Assembly: GCA_030390025.1 (NCBI GenBank)
Contig: CM059432.1
Location: 91,452,001-91,516,000, forward strand
Direction: 5' to 3'
DNA from: Squalus acanthias
Lineage: Eukaryota
DNA length: 64,000 nucleotides
Below the pieces are notes generated by a model. The model was not told the origin of the DNA. It saw only the letters and a list, made by a program, of their open reading frames with translations, and did no database searches. Within the stretch, counting starts at the first letter, position 1, and each line of letters begins with the position of its first letter. A program made the position numbers and the translations under genes. Below are positions 12,557 to 23,139 of the stretch, in pieces.

Positions 12557-14292
12557 GTTGGTAGAGGACCTTTGTCTCACGGATGTTTAGTGTAAGGCCC
12601 ATGCTCTCGTACGCTTCGGTGAAGGTGTTGACGATGTTTGGAGTTCGACCTCCGAGTGAGCGCAGACGCAAGCGTTGTCTGCATACTGTAATTCGACAAC
12701 AGAGGATGGGACGACCTTGGATCTGGACTGGAGGCGACGAAGGTTGAACAGTTTCTCGTTTGTTCTGTAAATTAGCTCCACTCCAGCAGGGAGCTTACTG
12801 AGGGTGAGATGGAGCATTGCAGCAAGGAAGATCGAGAAGAGCGTTGGTGTGATGACACAGCCTTGCTTGACCCCGGTCCGTATGTGAATTGGGTCTGTGG
12901 TAGATCCGTTGGTCAGGATCACGACTTGCATGTCGTCGTGAAGCAGGCGGAGGATGGTGACAAACTTTTGAGGGCAGCCGAATTTGAGGAGGACACTCCA
13001 TAATTCCTCATGGTTGACAGTGTCGAAGGCCTTTGTGAGATCAAAGAAGGCCATATACAGCAGTTGGTGCTGTTCCCTGCATTTCTCTTGTAGTTGACGC
13101 GCAATGAAGATCATGTCCATTGTGCCCCTTAGTGGGTGGAATCCGCATTGCGACTCTGGGAGGAGCTCTTCAGCCACTGGGAGAAGGCAATTGAGGAGGA
13201 TTCTTGCGATGACTTTCCCTGTGGCAGACAGCAGGGAAACTCCTCTGTAATTACCACAATCGGACTTGTCACCTTTCTTGAAGATGGTCACAATTACGGC
13301 ATCTCTGAGATCTCCTAGCATGCTCTCCTCCTTCCAGATAAGAGAAATGAGTTCATGAATTCGCGCCAGTAGTGCTTCTCCACCATGCTTTAGTGCCTCG
13401 GCAGGGATTCCATCGCCACACAGTACTGCCCCCCGATTATCAAAATCCACGACAAGGCCTTCAACAACATGGACCACTTTCCATACCTCAGGAGCCTACT
13501 GTCAACAAGGGCAGACGTCGATGACGAGGTCCAACACTGCCTTCAGTGTGCCAGTGCAGCCTTCGGTCGCCTGAGGAAGAGAGTGTTTGAAGACCAGGAC
13601 CTCCAACCCAGCACTAAGCTCATGATCTACAGAGCAGCAGTGATACCCGCCCTGCTGTATGCCTCAGAGACATGAACCATGTACAGTAGGCACCTCAAAG
13701 CACTGGAGAGGTACCACCAACGCTGCCTCTGCAAGATCCTGCAAATCCATTGGCAGGATAGGCGCACCAACGTCAGTGTTCTCGCTCAGGCCAACATCCC
13801 CAGCATCGAAGCATTGACCATGCTCGATCAGCTCCGATGGACAGGTCACATCGTCCGCATGCCCAATACGAGACTCCCAAAACAAGCGCTCTACTCAGAG
13901 CTCCGACACGGCAAGAGAGCCTCAGGTGGGCAGAGGAAATGCTTCAAGGACACCCTCAAAGCCTCCTTGAAAAAGTGCAACATCCCCACTGACACCTGGG
14001 AATCCCTGGCCCAAGACTGCACAAAGTGGAGGAGAAGCATCCGGGAAGGCGCCGAACATCTCGAGTCTCTTCGCCGGGAGCAAGCGGAAGCCAAGCGCAA
14101 GCAGCGTAAGGAGCGCACGTCAACCCAAGCACCCCACCCACCCGTCCCTTCAACCACCGTCTGCCCCACCTGTGACAGAGACTGTAGGTCCCGCATTGGA
14201 CTCATCAGTCACCTGAGAACTCATTTTTAATGTGGAAGCAAGTCATCCTCGGTTCCGAGGGACTGCCTAAGAAGAAGAAGAAGAAGAAGAAG
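12557..14292 (+). mobile_element. RTE-clade LINE with 5' inversion (12557-~13414 antisense, ~13414-14292 sense)
   Basis: RT motifs (DLTKAFDTV, GVKQGCV, QYADN); C-terminal CxxC...HxxxH finger; (AAG)n tail; TSD AAGAYTCCTGTG (12545-12556, 14293-14304). Confidence 0.93.
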
Positions 14293-14559
14293 AAGATTCC
14301 TGTGACAGGCAGGCGTGAGCCTCAAGAAGGGCATGCAATACGGGGTCCTATGTTGCAATTCGGAAGTGCCACCCATCAGCCAACCCGCTAGCGGGATTGG
14401 TTCCAGAGGCAGCAGGCTGCAGCATGTACAGAGGTCATGAGCTCCAGGCACTCAGGCCATTGGTATTTGCCTGCTAGTGTGTTTGTTGGAGTCGGAGTGA
14501 TTTGAAATTTTTATTTATTTAAATTTATTTGTTATACTTTCTTTTGCTTACTCACCCTC

Positions 14560-15425
14560 AGTAAACAGTGAATGTTAATGATGGGTAGCGCTCTTGCTGC
14601 ATTGTCCTGAATAGAGAGGAGGAGCAAGAAGAATAACAGCAACAACAGCAGGAGCAGGGGCCTCAACATGCAGGAGGAGCTGTAGGTGGGCCTCTGAAAA
14701 GACAGCGGGTAAGGGGGCCTGCTCACCATAACCTTGCCCACCCGGTGTGGAATTGCCATGCGACATTACTCCACACAATACGTGTATATAATCGCTGGTG
14801 TGCCTCAAGCATTTTTCTCTTCATGGCCAGACCCCGGATGTCTGGTGCTCTGTCCATCTCAGCAAAGCTAGTAGAGGACAGTGCCCTCTGGCATGTCTTC
14901 TCCTGGGCTGTCTTTGCCACCAGCACCTGCTCCTACTCATTTGTGCTATGTGCTTCACCAGGTGCAGGCCCCTCTAACTCGCTAGCTATTCCACCTAACG
15001 TAACAATCTCTGTGCTGGTACTTGGGATGAATAGAGCGCATGATGATGCTTCTGCAGGGCTGTCATCCTTAAATGTGAACTCTTCATTAGCTTCTTGACT
15101 AGGTTCTTGCTGCTAAGAGGGACTTGGAGGAAAGAGACAAGAGTTAGGATGACAATGGGAGGCTGGACAGTCACACATGAAAGGCTCCACCATACTGGTT
15201 TTGAGGTTGGCTGAAGATGCAATTGCTTGTGGTACATGAAGAAGTACAAGTGATAAGGAGGCATCCTGCTCAGAGAAGCCGCCAGCCTCGTCATTTCCAC
15301 TAACACTTTCTGGGTCATGGTGTTAGCTGCTCCTCCCCTATCTTATTTCTTCCCCTGTTATTGTGCGCTGTCTTCTCCTGCATAAGGAGAGTGTTATGAG
15401 TGGCTACTGAGAAGGCAAATGCACA
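14560..15425. pseudogene. Old internally deleted Harbinger: transposase 5' remnant (+) fused to Myb-partner remnant (-)
   Basis: ATG-GSALAAL plus acidic/Gln stretch at 14581; minus-strand acceptor ttatgcag|EKTAHNNRGRNKIG at 15377, homologous to exon 2 (AKLAHNRRQQQRTGG) of the other partner genes. Confidence 0.6.
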
Positions 15426-16254
15426 TGTGCACATTGGAATACAGCGTAGAATTTCTAAATTTGCCGATGACACCAAACTTGGGGGTGCGGCAAACAGTGA
15501 TGATGATATCAATCGACTGCAAAGGACATAGAAAGGCTAGCAGAATGGGCAGACAAGTGGCAGATGGAATTTAATACAGAGAAGTGTGAGGTGATGCATT
15601 TTGGCAGAAGGAACAGGGAGAGGCAATATACACTTAATGGCAAAGTTTTAAAGAGTGTGCAGGGACAGAGGGACCTGGGAGTTAATGTGCATAGGTCCCT
15701 GAAGGTGGCAGGATATATTAAGAGAGTTGTTAGCACAGCATATGGGGGTAAAAATTCAGTTGGTTGCACCTCCCGTTAGCGCCTTAAGAGGGCGCTAATG
15801 GGGCGCAAAGCCGCTAACGCCCGGGCGCAGCGATGTTTGCGCCGCTCGGGAACTTAACTAGAGATTGTGCGGCGGCGCTAAACCTTACCGCTGCGACCAC
15901 ATGCGCGCGCAGATTGTGACGTCATTCCATGGTGCAACGCCCTTGTGGCGCCCCGGAGCGGAAATTGAGTGGCGCCCCCTGCCTTACCGCCTGGCGCATC
16001 CAACGACCGGAAGACTGGAACGCTATCAATCGCTGTGGGGCTGGGGGGGGGGGCGCTATTTAAAGGGGGCCTCTTCCTGTCTTTTTCTGTGGTGGACATT
16101 TTTGCACCACTCATTCTGAGAGAGAGAGAGAGATTCGGAGAGAGAGAGAGACTTCTGCATTGACTCAACGCTTTGTGAGGTAGTTTTGCCTACTGATCCT
16201 AACTTCGCTAGTACTTTAGTTGCTGTCCTTCATTACTTTGCTTGCAAAGAGACT

Positions 16255-17415
16255 ATGGGGGCTGCACTGATTGGGGGCGTCGTCCTGCTCCAGCTGAATC
16301 GGAGGACACAGAGACGCAGAGAGAGAGTGGCAATGATGGCCAGACGGAGGAGGGCCAACAGGCGTATGTACAGGAGAGCTTACCCTCCCAGGGTATATCG
16401 TGAACAGCTCTCCTACCTTCATATGTCTGAGGAGCTGTGTTTGCGAAGGCTGCGATTCAGCAAGGAGGTGGTCACTGAGCTCTGCCATCTGCTGCAGCCA
16501 GATCTGCAGCCTCAACTGAGGTCCAGGACGTCTCTGTCGGTGGCAGTGAAGGTCACAGTGGCTCTCAACTTCTACGCTACTGGCTCATTTCAAGCTGCTG
16601 CTGGGGACCTCGCCAATATCTCCCAGTTCGCGGTGCATTGCTGCATCCGGCAGGTCACAAATGCCCTCTTTAAAAGGAGACGAGAGTTCATCTCTTTCCC
16701 CATGACCCCAGACAAGCAGCGTGACCGCGCTCTGGGCTTTGCGAGGGTAGCGGGCTTCCCCATGGTGCAGGGCGCCATTGACTGCATGCATGTGGCTTTG
16801 CGTGCTCCGCATGAGAATGCCGAGGAATTCCGGAACAGAAAGGGGTTCCATTCCTTGAATGTTCAGTTGGTCTGTGACCACAGACAGCTGATACTCGCTG
16901 TCAATGCCCACTATCCTGGCAGCTGCCACGATGCTTTTATCCTGCGCCAGACTACTGTGGCAGAACTTTTCGAGGCACCGCATCAGCCAGTTGGTTGGCT
17001 TCTCGGGGACAAGGGGTATGCATTGAGCACCTGGCTGATGACACCGCTCCGTATGCCCAACACCCCTGCTGAGCTGCGGTACAATGAGAGCCATCAAGCT
17101 ACCAGGAACATAATTGAGCGCACAATCGGCGTGCTGAAGCAACGGTTCCGCTGTCTCGACCATTCTGGAGGAGCCCTGCAGTACTCGCCTGAGCGAGTAT
17201 CCAACTTCGTAGTTGTGTGCTGCATGTTGCATAACATGGCAATCCTCAGGACCCAGCCAATGCCACCAGGCCTTGGAGCACCACCAGAGGAGGAGGAGGA
17301 AGAGGAGGAAGAGGACGAGGAAGATGATCATCAGCAGCACCAAGGCGGGAGGGTGGCCCACAATGGTGAAACTGCAAGGGCCGTCCGTCAACGGCTAATA
17401 GCAAGCCGCTTCTAG
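16255..17415 (+). CDS. Harbinger DDE transposase (HARBI1-like), 386 aa, uninterrupted
   Basis: Motifs RLRFSK, LNFYATGSFQ, GAIDCMH, RNRKGFHSLNVQLVCD, PGSCHDAFIL, LLGDKGY, IERTIGVLKQRFRCL, CCMLHN; ATG 16255; TATTTAAA at 16057. Confidence 0.95.
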   Translation: MGAALIGGVVLLQLNRRTQRRRERVAMMARRRRANRRMYRRAYPPRVYREQLSYLHMSEELCLRRLRFSKEVVTELCHLLQPDLQPQLRSRTSLSVAVKVTVALNFYATGSFQAAAGDLANISQFAVHCCIRQVTNALFKRRREFISFPMTPDKQRDRALGFARVAGFPMVQGAIDCMHVALRAPHENAEEFRNRKGFHSLNVQLVCDHRQLILAVNAHYPGSCHDAFILRQTTVAELFEAPHQPVGWLLGDKGYALSTWLMTPLRMPNTPAELRYNESHQATRNIIERTIGVLKQRFRCLDHSGGALQYSPERVSNFVVVCCMLHNMAILRTQPMPPGLGAPPEEEEEEEEEDEEDDHQQHQGGRVAHNGETARAVRQRLIASRF

Positions 17416-17727
17416 GGCCCCTGCTGTGGAAATGGCTTCTGCCATTGCTAACAACATCAATGAACCCAGCACGCAACCCCTAAGCCGGCCAAGGCACCAA
17501 TAATTCCAACCACCAACCATGTATATTTTGAATACAGAAACTTATTTATTTTACAAACTCTGTGTGTGTCAATTCCTCATGACAAACTCATAGAAATAAA
17601 CACAAAAAAACAGTCAATAACATAACTGGTTCTCACAACCTGGAGATAATGTCCAAAACACTAAACAAAAGTTGGACCATGAACCTCGACCTTTAATAAA
17701 AAAATGACCAGCATTTTGTCACACCTC

Positions 17728-19540
17728 CTACTTTTTGCCCTTCGAGGGTGATCTCCTTCCCTTGCGCACTTCCCCCCTTCTAACCCTACTGCTCCTCCGT
17801 AATGGGACCTCAGTGGCTGCAGCAAGGCTGGTGGAAGGCTGCTGCTCGTCAGACCCTGACACTGCAGATGCCCCTGAAGGACGGCCTCGACCAGTTCTGG
17901 GCCTGGAGGGCCCGGCTGCAGACTGCACCAACTCTGCATGGGCGGCAGCAGTCTGTCCTACAGGCGGTGGCAAGTGCAGTGGAGAAGTGACAGTGTTGGC
18001 AGCAGGAATGCTGTCATCGTGAGAGAGGACAGCAACTCCCTGCTCGCCCGACACACTGGCACTCCCATGGGGCAGCACTTCAGCATCCGGAGCAATCTGC
18101 TGGAGAACAGATTGCTGGCCTGCTGCGGCGCGGTGACAGCCCCGGGGACATGTGAACGAACCATCGAGGTTGGCAGCAGTCTGTGCTCGCGTGGCCTCAA
18201 TCTGAGTCTGCATGAGAGCAGTCAGAGATGGGATCACGGCAGCCAGTGACTGAATTGCAGCACTAAGCATTAGTGTGGCATCCACCTGTGCTACAGCGAA
18301 GTGCTCCACACTCCTTGCCAGTGACTCAATGCATTCGGGCACCCTTCCCACTGCACCCATGAGCTCAGTGTGCATGCCCACCGCCTGGGTGTTCATTTCT
18401 GTGATCAGCCGCTCCTCCTCTGCGTCCATTGCAGTAGGAGTGTCTGGCATACTCTCCCTCTGGGGAGAAGGCCCCCGTTCTTCCCTACCCCCATGGCGTT
18501 GCTGCAGCCCGCTGGGTCCTGGAGCTTCACCCTCATCAGACCCTTCCCCCCTGCTCCCCTCCAGGGAAGGCGTGTTCCCAGTGTGGGCATAGGCTTCCTC
18601 GGGAGAGGGTGGCACTGATGCTCCGGCTTCCTCTTCCTCCTCGGCTGCAGCTTCACTCCCAGTGGCAGCTTCAGGACCCGTCTCCTCAGCTGGTGAATCA
18701 CCATCTGAAAGCAGGGAGGTACAAGAGTGGCTTTAGCGTGAGGACAGGGTGGCAGTAAGGGAGGAATAAGTGCAGCGAGTTAGCAAGTTGGATTGAAAGT
18801 GTCAAAGGCTGGTGTTGTGAGGGACAAGTGGAAGGACAGAGGACAAAAAGGTGATGACCTTACCATTGCAGTCCAGAACGGGGTCGGCGTCTCCAGTGGC
18901 GACGGGACCGATCACCCGGCTTGCCACAATCCTGTGGACGCGCTCCTCAAGATCGCTGAGGGGTTGCAGCTGAGGCCGCCCTCCACCTGTCCGTTGCTGC
19001 TGTCTCCTATTATGCGCCAGCTTGGCCTGCAAGTAAAAGGACAGCATCTGAGTAAATATACAGCCATGGTCTTGCCTGATGTGCCTCCCATAGGTGAATA
19101 GCCCTTACTGTATGCAGCCATGGTCTTGCCTGATGTGCCTCCCATAGGTGAATAGCCCTTACTGTATGCAAAGTGTGGAATGTGTGTGTGTGTTTGATGA
19201 AAGGGCCATAGGTGTTGGATGAGTGTTGTGCATTGGGGTTTTAAGACCCTCTGGCCATAGAGTGAGGTTGAGATGGAGGGATGGAGAGGTATTGAGAAAA
19301 AGCCACTCACCCTGACGACCCGAGTGAGGTCGTTGAACTTTTTGCAGCATTGAGTATGGGTCCTGGGCACCATGCTCCTGGAGGAGACGCTCTGAGCCAC
19401 CTCCCTCCACACTCTTCTGAACTCGCGTGGCAAAGGCCTCCTGCCACTCTCAGGGAACAGCATACATCGTCTGCGCTCCACTGCGTCAACCAGAGCATCC
19501 AAGGCCCGCTCGGTGAAGCGCGTTCTCTCACCCTCTCCAT
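17728..19540 (-). pseudogene. Harbinger Myb/SANT-like partner gene, 3 exons (19540-19311, 19026-18864, 18704-17728), frameshifted near the start
   Basis: RFTERALDALVDAVERRR...WREVAQSVS...RTHTQCCKKFNDL Myb-like domain; GT-AG introns in phases 0 and 1 keep the frame open to the stop at 17728; ATG 19540 is out of frame with the domain. Confidence 0.85.
19061..19170. repeat. 54-bp tandem duplication in intron 1 of the Myb partner gene
   Basis: cagccatggtcttgcctgatgtgcctcccataggtgaatagcccttactgtatg occurs twice (19061, 19115). Confidence 0.95.
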
Positions 19541-20376
19541 GCTTGGCAGCAAAATGGATTCACAGGTCTCTCCAGGCTGAGATTCAAGGCTGCAATGAGC
19601 AGGGTGTGGCTGGGGAGCAAGTGGCCCCCCCCCCCCGCTTTAAGAAGTGTCCGGCGCCAGTGTGTCTGTGTTCCCTCGCTAACTGGCAGCAGCTGCGCTG
19701 CGCTCGCGCGCTGAGTTAGCGCCTCACTCCTTGGCCTTTGCGTCTTAAGACAGGTGTGCAGCGCCTGATTTAGCACTCCACTCACCTCCTGGGGCGGTAA
19801 AAGTGAAGTTTCCAGTCAGTGGCGATAATTAGCGCCAGGCGCTAATATTTGCGTCCAGACGATATTTGCGCCCCAAACGGGGCGCGACCTAATTTTTCCC
19901 CCATGGGATCTTGGGTTTCAGAAATAGAGGTATTGAGTACAAAAGTAGAGAAGTTATGCTGAACCTTTATAAAGCGCTGGTTAGGCCACAACCGGAGTAT
20001 TGTGTCCAGTTCTGGTCACCACACTTTAGGAAGGATGTGAAGGCCCTTGACAGGGTGCAGAGGAGATTTACCAGAAGTGTTCCGGAGATGGGCTATCTTA
20101 GCAACAAGGACAGGTTGAAGAAGCTGGATTTGTTTTCATTAGAGCAAAGGAGGTTGAGGGGTGATTTGATAGAGGTGTACAAGTTTATGACGGGTTTGGA
20201 TAGGCTAGACGGGGAAAGGCTGTTCCCACTAGTTGATGGTACAAGGACTAGGGGACACAGATTTAAGGTTTTGGGCAAGAGATACAGGGGGTACGTGAGG
20301 AAAAGCATTTTTACGCAGCGAGTGGTGATGACCTGGAATTCGCTGCCGATGAAAGTGGTGGAAGCGGAGACACTCA

Positions 20377-20915
20377 GGGGGAAAAATTGAGTCGCGCCCC
20401 CATTGGGGCGCTAACTTTGCCGGGGTGCTACTTTTAGTGCCCCGAAGAAATTAGCGCCCCTGTGGCCGAAATTCATCGGTAGCGCCCTAAGAGGGAAGCG
20501 GGGTGCTACTGGAAGTGCCCCGCCTCCCTCTTGGGGCGCTGCAAGGGAATATCGCGACGCTACGTGCCACGGTATTGCAGGCCTTCCTCTCTTCTTAAAG
20601 GGGAGGGGACTTGCGCAGCGCGACCCGGGGTCTAGCTGGGCCATCAAGGATCGGAGTGCCGGGCTCATGGAGCGCAGCCGGCACTCCGCAGGGGGGCTGG
20701 TCAGGAGGCCGGGGACAGCAACGGGGGCAGGTGCTGGCAGGCGGCCAGCAACAAAAATGGTCGCCCGGCACCTCGCCTCTAATTAGCGCCGCCCCAGCCG
20801 CAGGTAGGCCCCCCTGACCCCATCGGACATAACGTCCGGCGGTAAGTCAGGGGGCGCTACCGAAGACACGGCCGGGGCGCTGACGGGAGGCGCAATGCAA
20901 ACAAATTTTTGGGCC
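20377..20915. mobile_element. Harbinger non-autonomous element (MITE, 539 bp)
   Basis: Ends GGGGGAAAAATT / AATTTTTGGGCC; TSD TCA (20374-20376, 20916-20918); empty site matches the CR1 copy at ~980-1010. Confidence 0.92.
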
Positions 20916-21075
20916 TCAATGTTTTCAAGGGGAGACTGGATAGTCACTTGAGGGAAATAAACTTGCAGGGCTACGGGGATAGAGCAGGGGAATGGGACTG
21001 ACTGGATTGCTCTACAGAGAGCCAGCACGGACTCGATGGGCCGAATGGCCTCCTTCTGTGCCGTTATGACTCTAT

Positions 21076-21971
21076 GGGGGAAAAATTCAGTATCGCCACG
21101 TTTGGGGTGCAATTATCGGCCGGGCACAAAGATTAGCGCCTGGCGCTAATTATCGCCTTCGACTGCAAACTTGACTTTTATCGCCCCTGGAGGTGATTGG
21201 AGCGCTAAATCAGGCGCTACACACCTGTCTTAAGGCGCAAAGGCCGAGGATCGAGGAGCTAACTCAGAGCGCTGGCGAAGCTCATGTGATGTCAGTCAGC
21301 AATGGAACACAGACACAATGGCCCCGGCCAGTTCTTAAAGGGGAGGGTTGATCTTGCTTTCCATCCACATCCTGCTCATTGCAGCCTTGAATCTCGGCCT
21401 GGAGAGACCTGTACATCAAATCTGCTGGAAAGAACAACGGAGAGACCAGGGAAAGAGCTCAGAGTGCAGCCCCCACAATCTCTTCTAAATCGATACAAGG
21501 AAGGGCAAATCAAAATGAACCTGCAAAGTGCTGCTCAGTACCCAAAACTCCTTCACACAGCGTTGAATCTCTCCAGAAGTCTCTCTCTCTCTCTCTCTCT
21601 CAGAATGCGTGGTTCAAAAATGTCGCCAACAAAAAAAGGCAGGAAGCGGTCGCATTTAAATAGTGCTCCCCCAGTCCCTTCCTGACTGCAAAACGCTGCC
21701 CTCAACCTGTCGTTGCTAGCGGCAGGCGGTAAGGCAGGGGGCGCCACTCAATATCCGCTCCGGGGCGCTACCGGGGCGTTGCGCACTTGACTGACGTCAC
21801 GATCTGCCGGCGCAGGAGATCGTGGCGGTACTGTTTAGCGCCGCCACAAAATGTCCAGTTAATTTCGCGAGCGGCGCAAACATCGCCGCGCCCGGGCGCT
21901 AGTTGCTTTGCGCCCCATTAGCGCCCTCTTAAGGTGCTAACGGGAGGCGCAACCAACTGAATTTTTCCCCC
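21076..21971 (-). mobile_element. Harbinger internal-deletion derivative (896 bp), inverted relative to 15745-19902
   Basis: TIRs GGGGGAAAAATTCAGT at both ends; TSD TAT (21073-21075, 21972-21974); both halves align to the ends of the full-length element. Confidence 0.93.
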
Positions 21972-23139
21972 TATGAGTCTATGTGTGGGGCTTTTGTATG
22001 TAGTGCCTAAGATTAGAGGAAGAAGCAATATGAGAGGAGACTGGGAACTAAGTGGATTGTGTGAATTGAGGAAGGAGTCATAAGAGGAGGTGCAGATTCT
22101 GCAACATACACACGGTGAGAACAGCATGCCATTAGTGGAAGGTGTAGAGACAGCAAGCAACAGGTGAGTGTGGTTTGCAGACTACCTGATATGGTAATTG
22201 TTTCCTGGGGTGTTTGGAGTGTATCAATAGCATGAAAGCTTCATGCTGTGGTAACCTTCACCGCTACGTAAAGCGCTGTTCCCAGTTCAGTTGTTATCTG
22301 CAGGTGATACAACCCTTTTCCCACCTGTCTTGTGAAGCTGTGGTGGCAAAAATAGGACCCCTCTGATATGTCCAGGTATGTGTAGAGGGGTTTATAAATG
22401 CAGGTCCTAGGGTAATAATAGGTGTGGTCAAAGCACCTTGGGTGTCATTGAACCTGCATCTGTTAACCCCTCATACACTCTGTTTCCTCATCTAAACCAT
22501 GTAGGGGAATACACACTTTCTGTGGTTCACCAGCAACCAACAATGATGAAAGAAGGAAAACAAAAAAATGATAAAATGTCAGAATACCCAGAAAAGCATT
22601 AAGTGAAATTCAGCAAGATTTAACTAAAAACATAAAACAAAGGGGAAAAATTCGTCCCCTTAGCATCTCCATTAGCGGCAGCAGATGGTGCTAATGGGGC
22701 GCAAGACCAGTATCGCCGGGGCAAGGCGAATCCAGCACTGCATGCCAAATCCAGCCCCCCCCCACCCCCGCTGCGCCGCCAGTAAGAGGTATCGCCGGGA
22801 ACATCAATGTCAGGTGGATCGTGATGTCAGTGAGTGTACAACGCTCACTGACTGCCCAATCTGCTAAATTGATTCTCGCCACCTACCTTAGCGCCTGGAG
22901 TAAACACCGACAGGGAGAGCTGACGTGAAACACCAGGAAGCCAGCTCCAGGGACGTAATTTACAGGGATCATCAGTAATCACTCGCAGCTGTCAGGTTAG
23001 TGCAGTTTTAGTGGTTTCTTGTCAGTTTCATCTACTGCAAGAGTTTAATTCAGTAATTCCAAGATTCTTTTGTATCAGGAGTCTTGTGGCTACTGAAAGG
23101 TAGCTACATTTATTTCTCAAAGAATCAAACTGTTACACT

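Larger units (their letters stand above)
15745..19902 (+). mobile_element. Full-length two-gene PIF/Harbinger DNA transposon
   Basis: TIRs GGGGTAAAAATT / AATTTTTCCCCC; 3-bp TSD ATG (15742-15744, 19903-19905); convergent transposase and Myb/SANT genes; CpG-rich ends. Confidence 0.95.
15430..21985 (+). mobile_element. CR1 LINE 3' fragment split into four pieces (15430-15744, 19903-20376, 20916-21075, 21972-21985) by three Harbinger insertions
   Basis: KFADDTKLGG, FNTEKCEVMHFG, YKALVRP..EYCVQFWSP motifs; sequence is continuous once inserts and TSDs are removed. Confidence 0.93.

Noticed and set aside
12587..13477. 296-aa RT ORF as an independent minus-strand gene
   Set aside because: Chimeric read-through across the RTE inversion junction
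16186..17415. Domesticated host gene HARBI1
   Set aside because: The ORF lies within TIRs with a TSD, inside a CR1, beside a Myb partner and with decayed paralogs nearby, so it is a transposon copy. The TTG-initiated N-terminal extension in the ORF track is probably 5' UTR.
18912..19502. 196-aa ORF with a duplicated peptide
   Set aside because: Read-through of Myb exon 1 into intron 1; the repeat is an intronic tandem duplication
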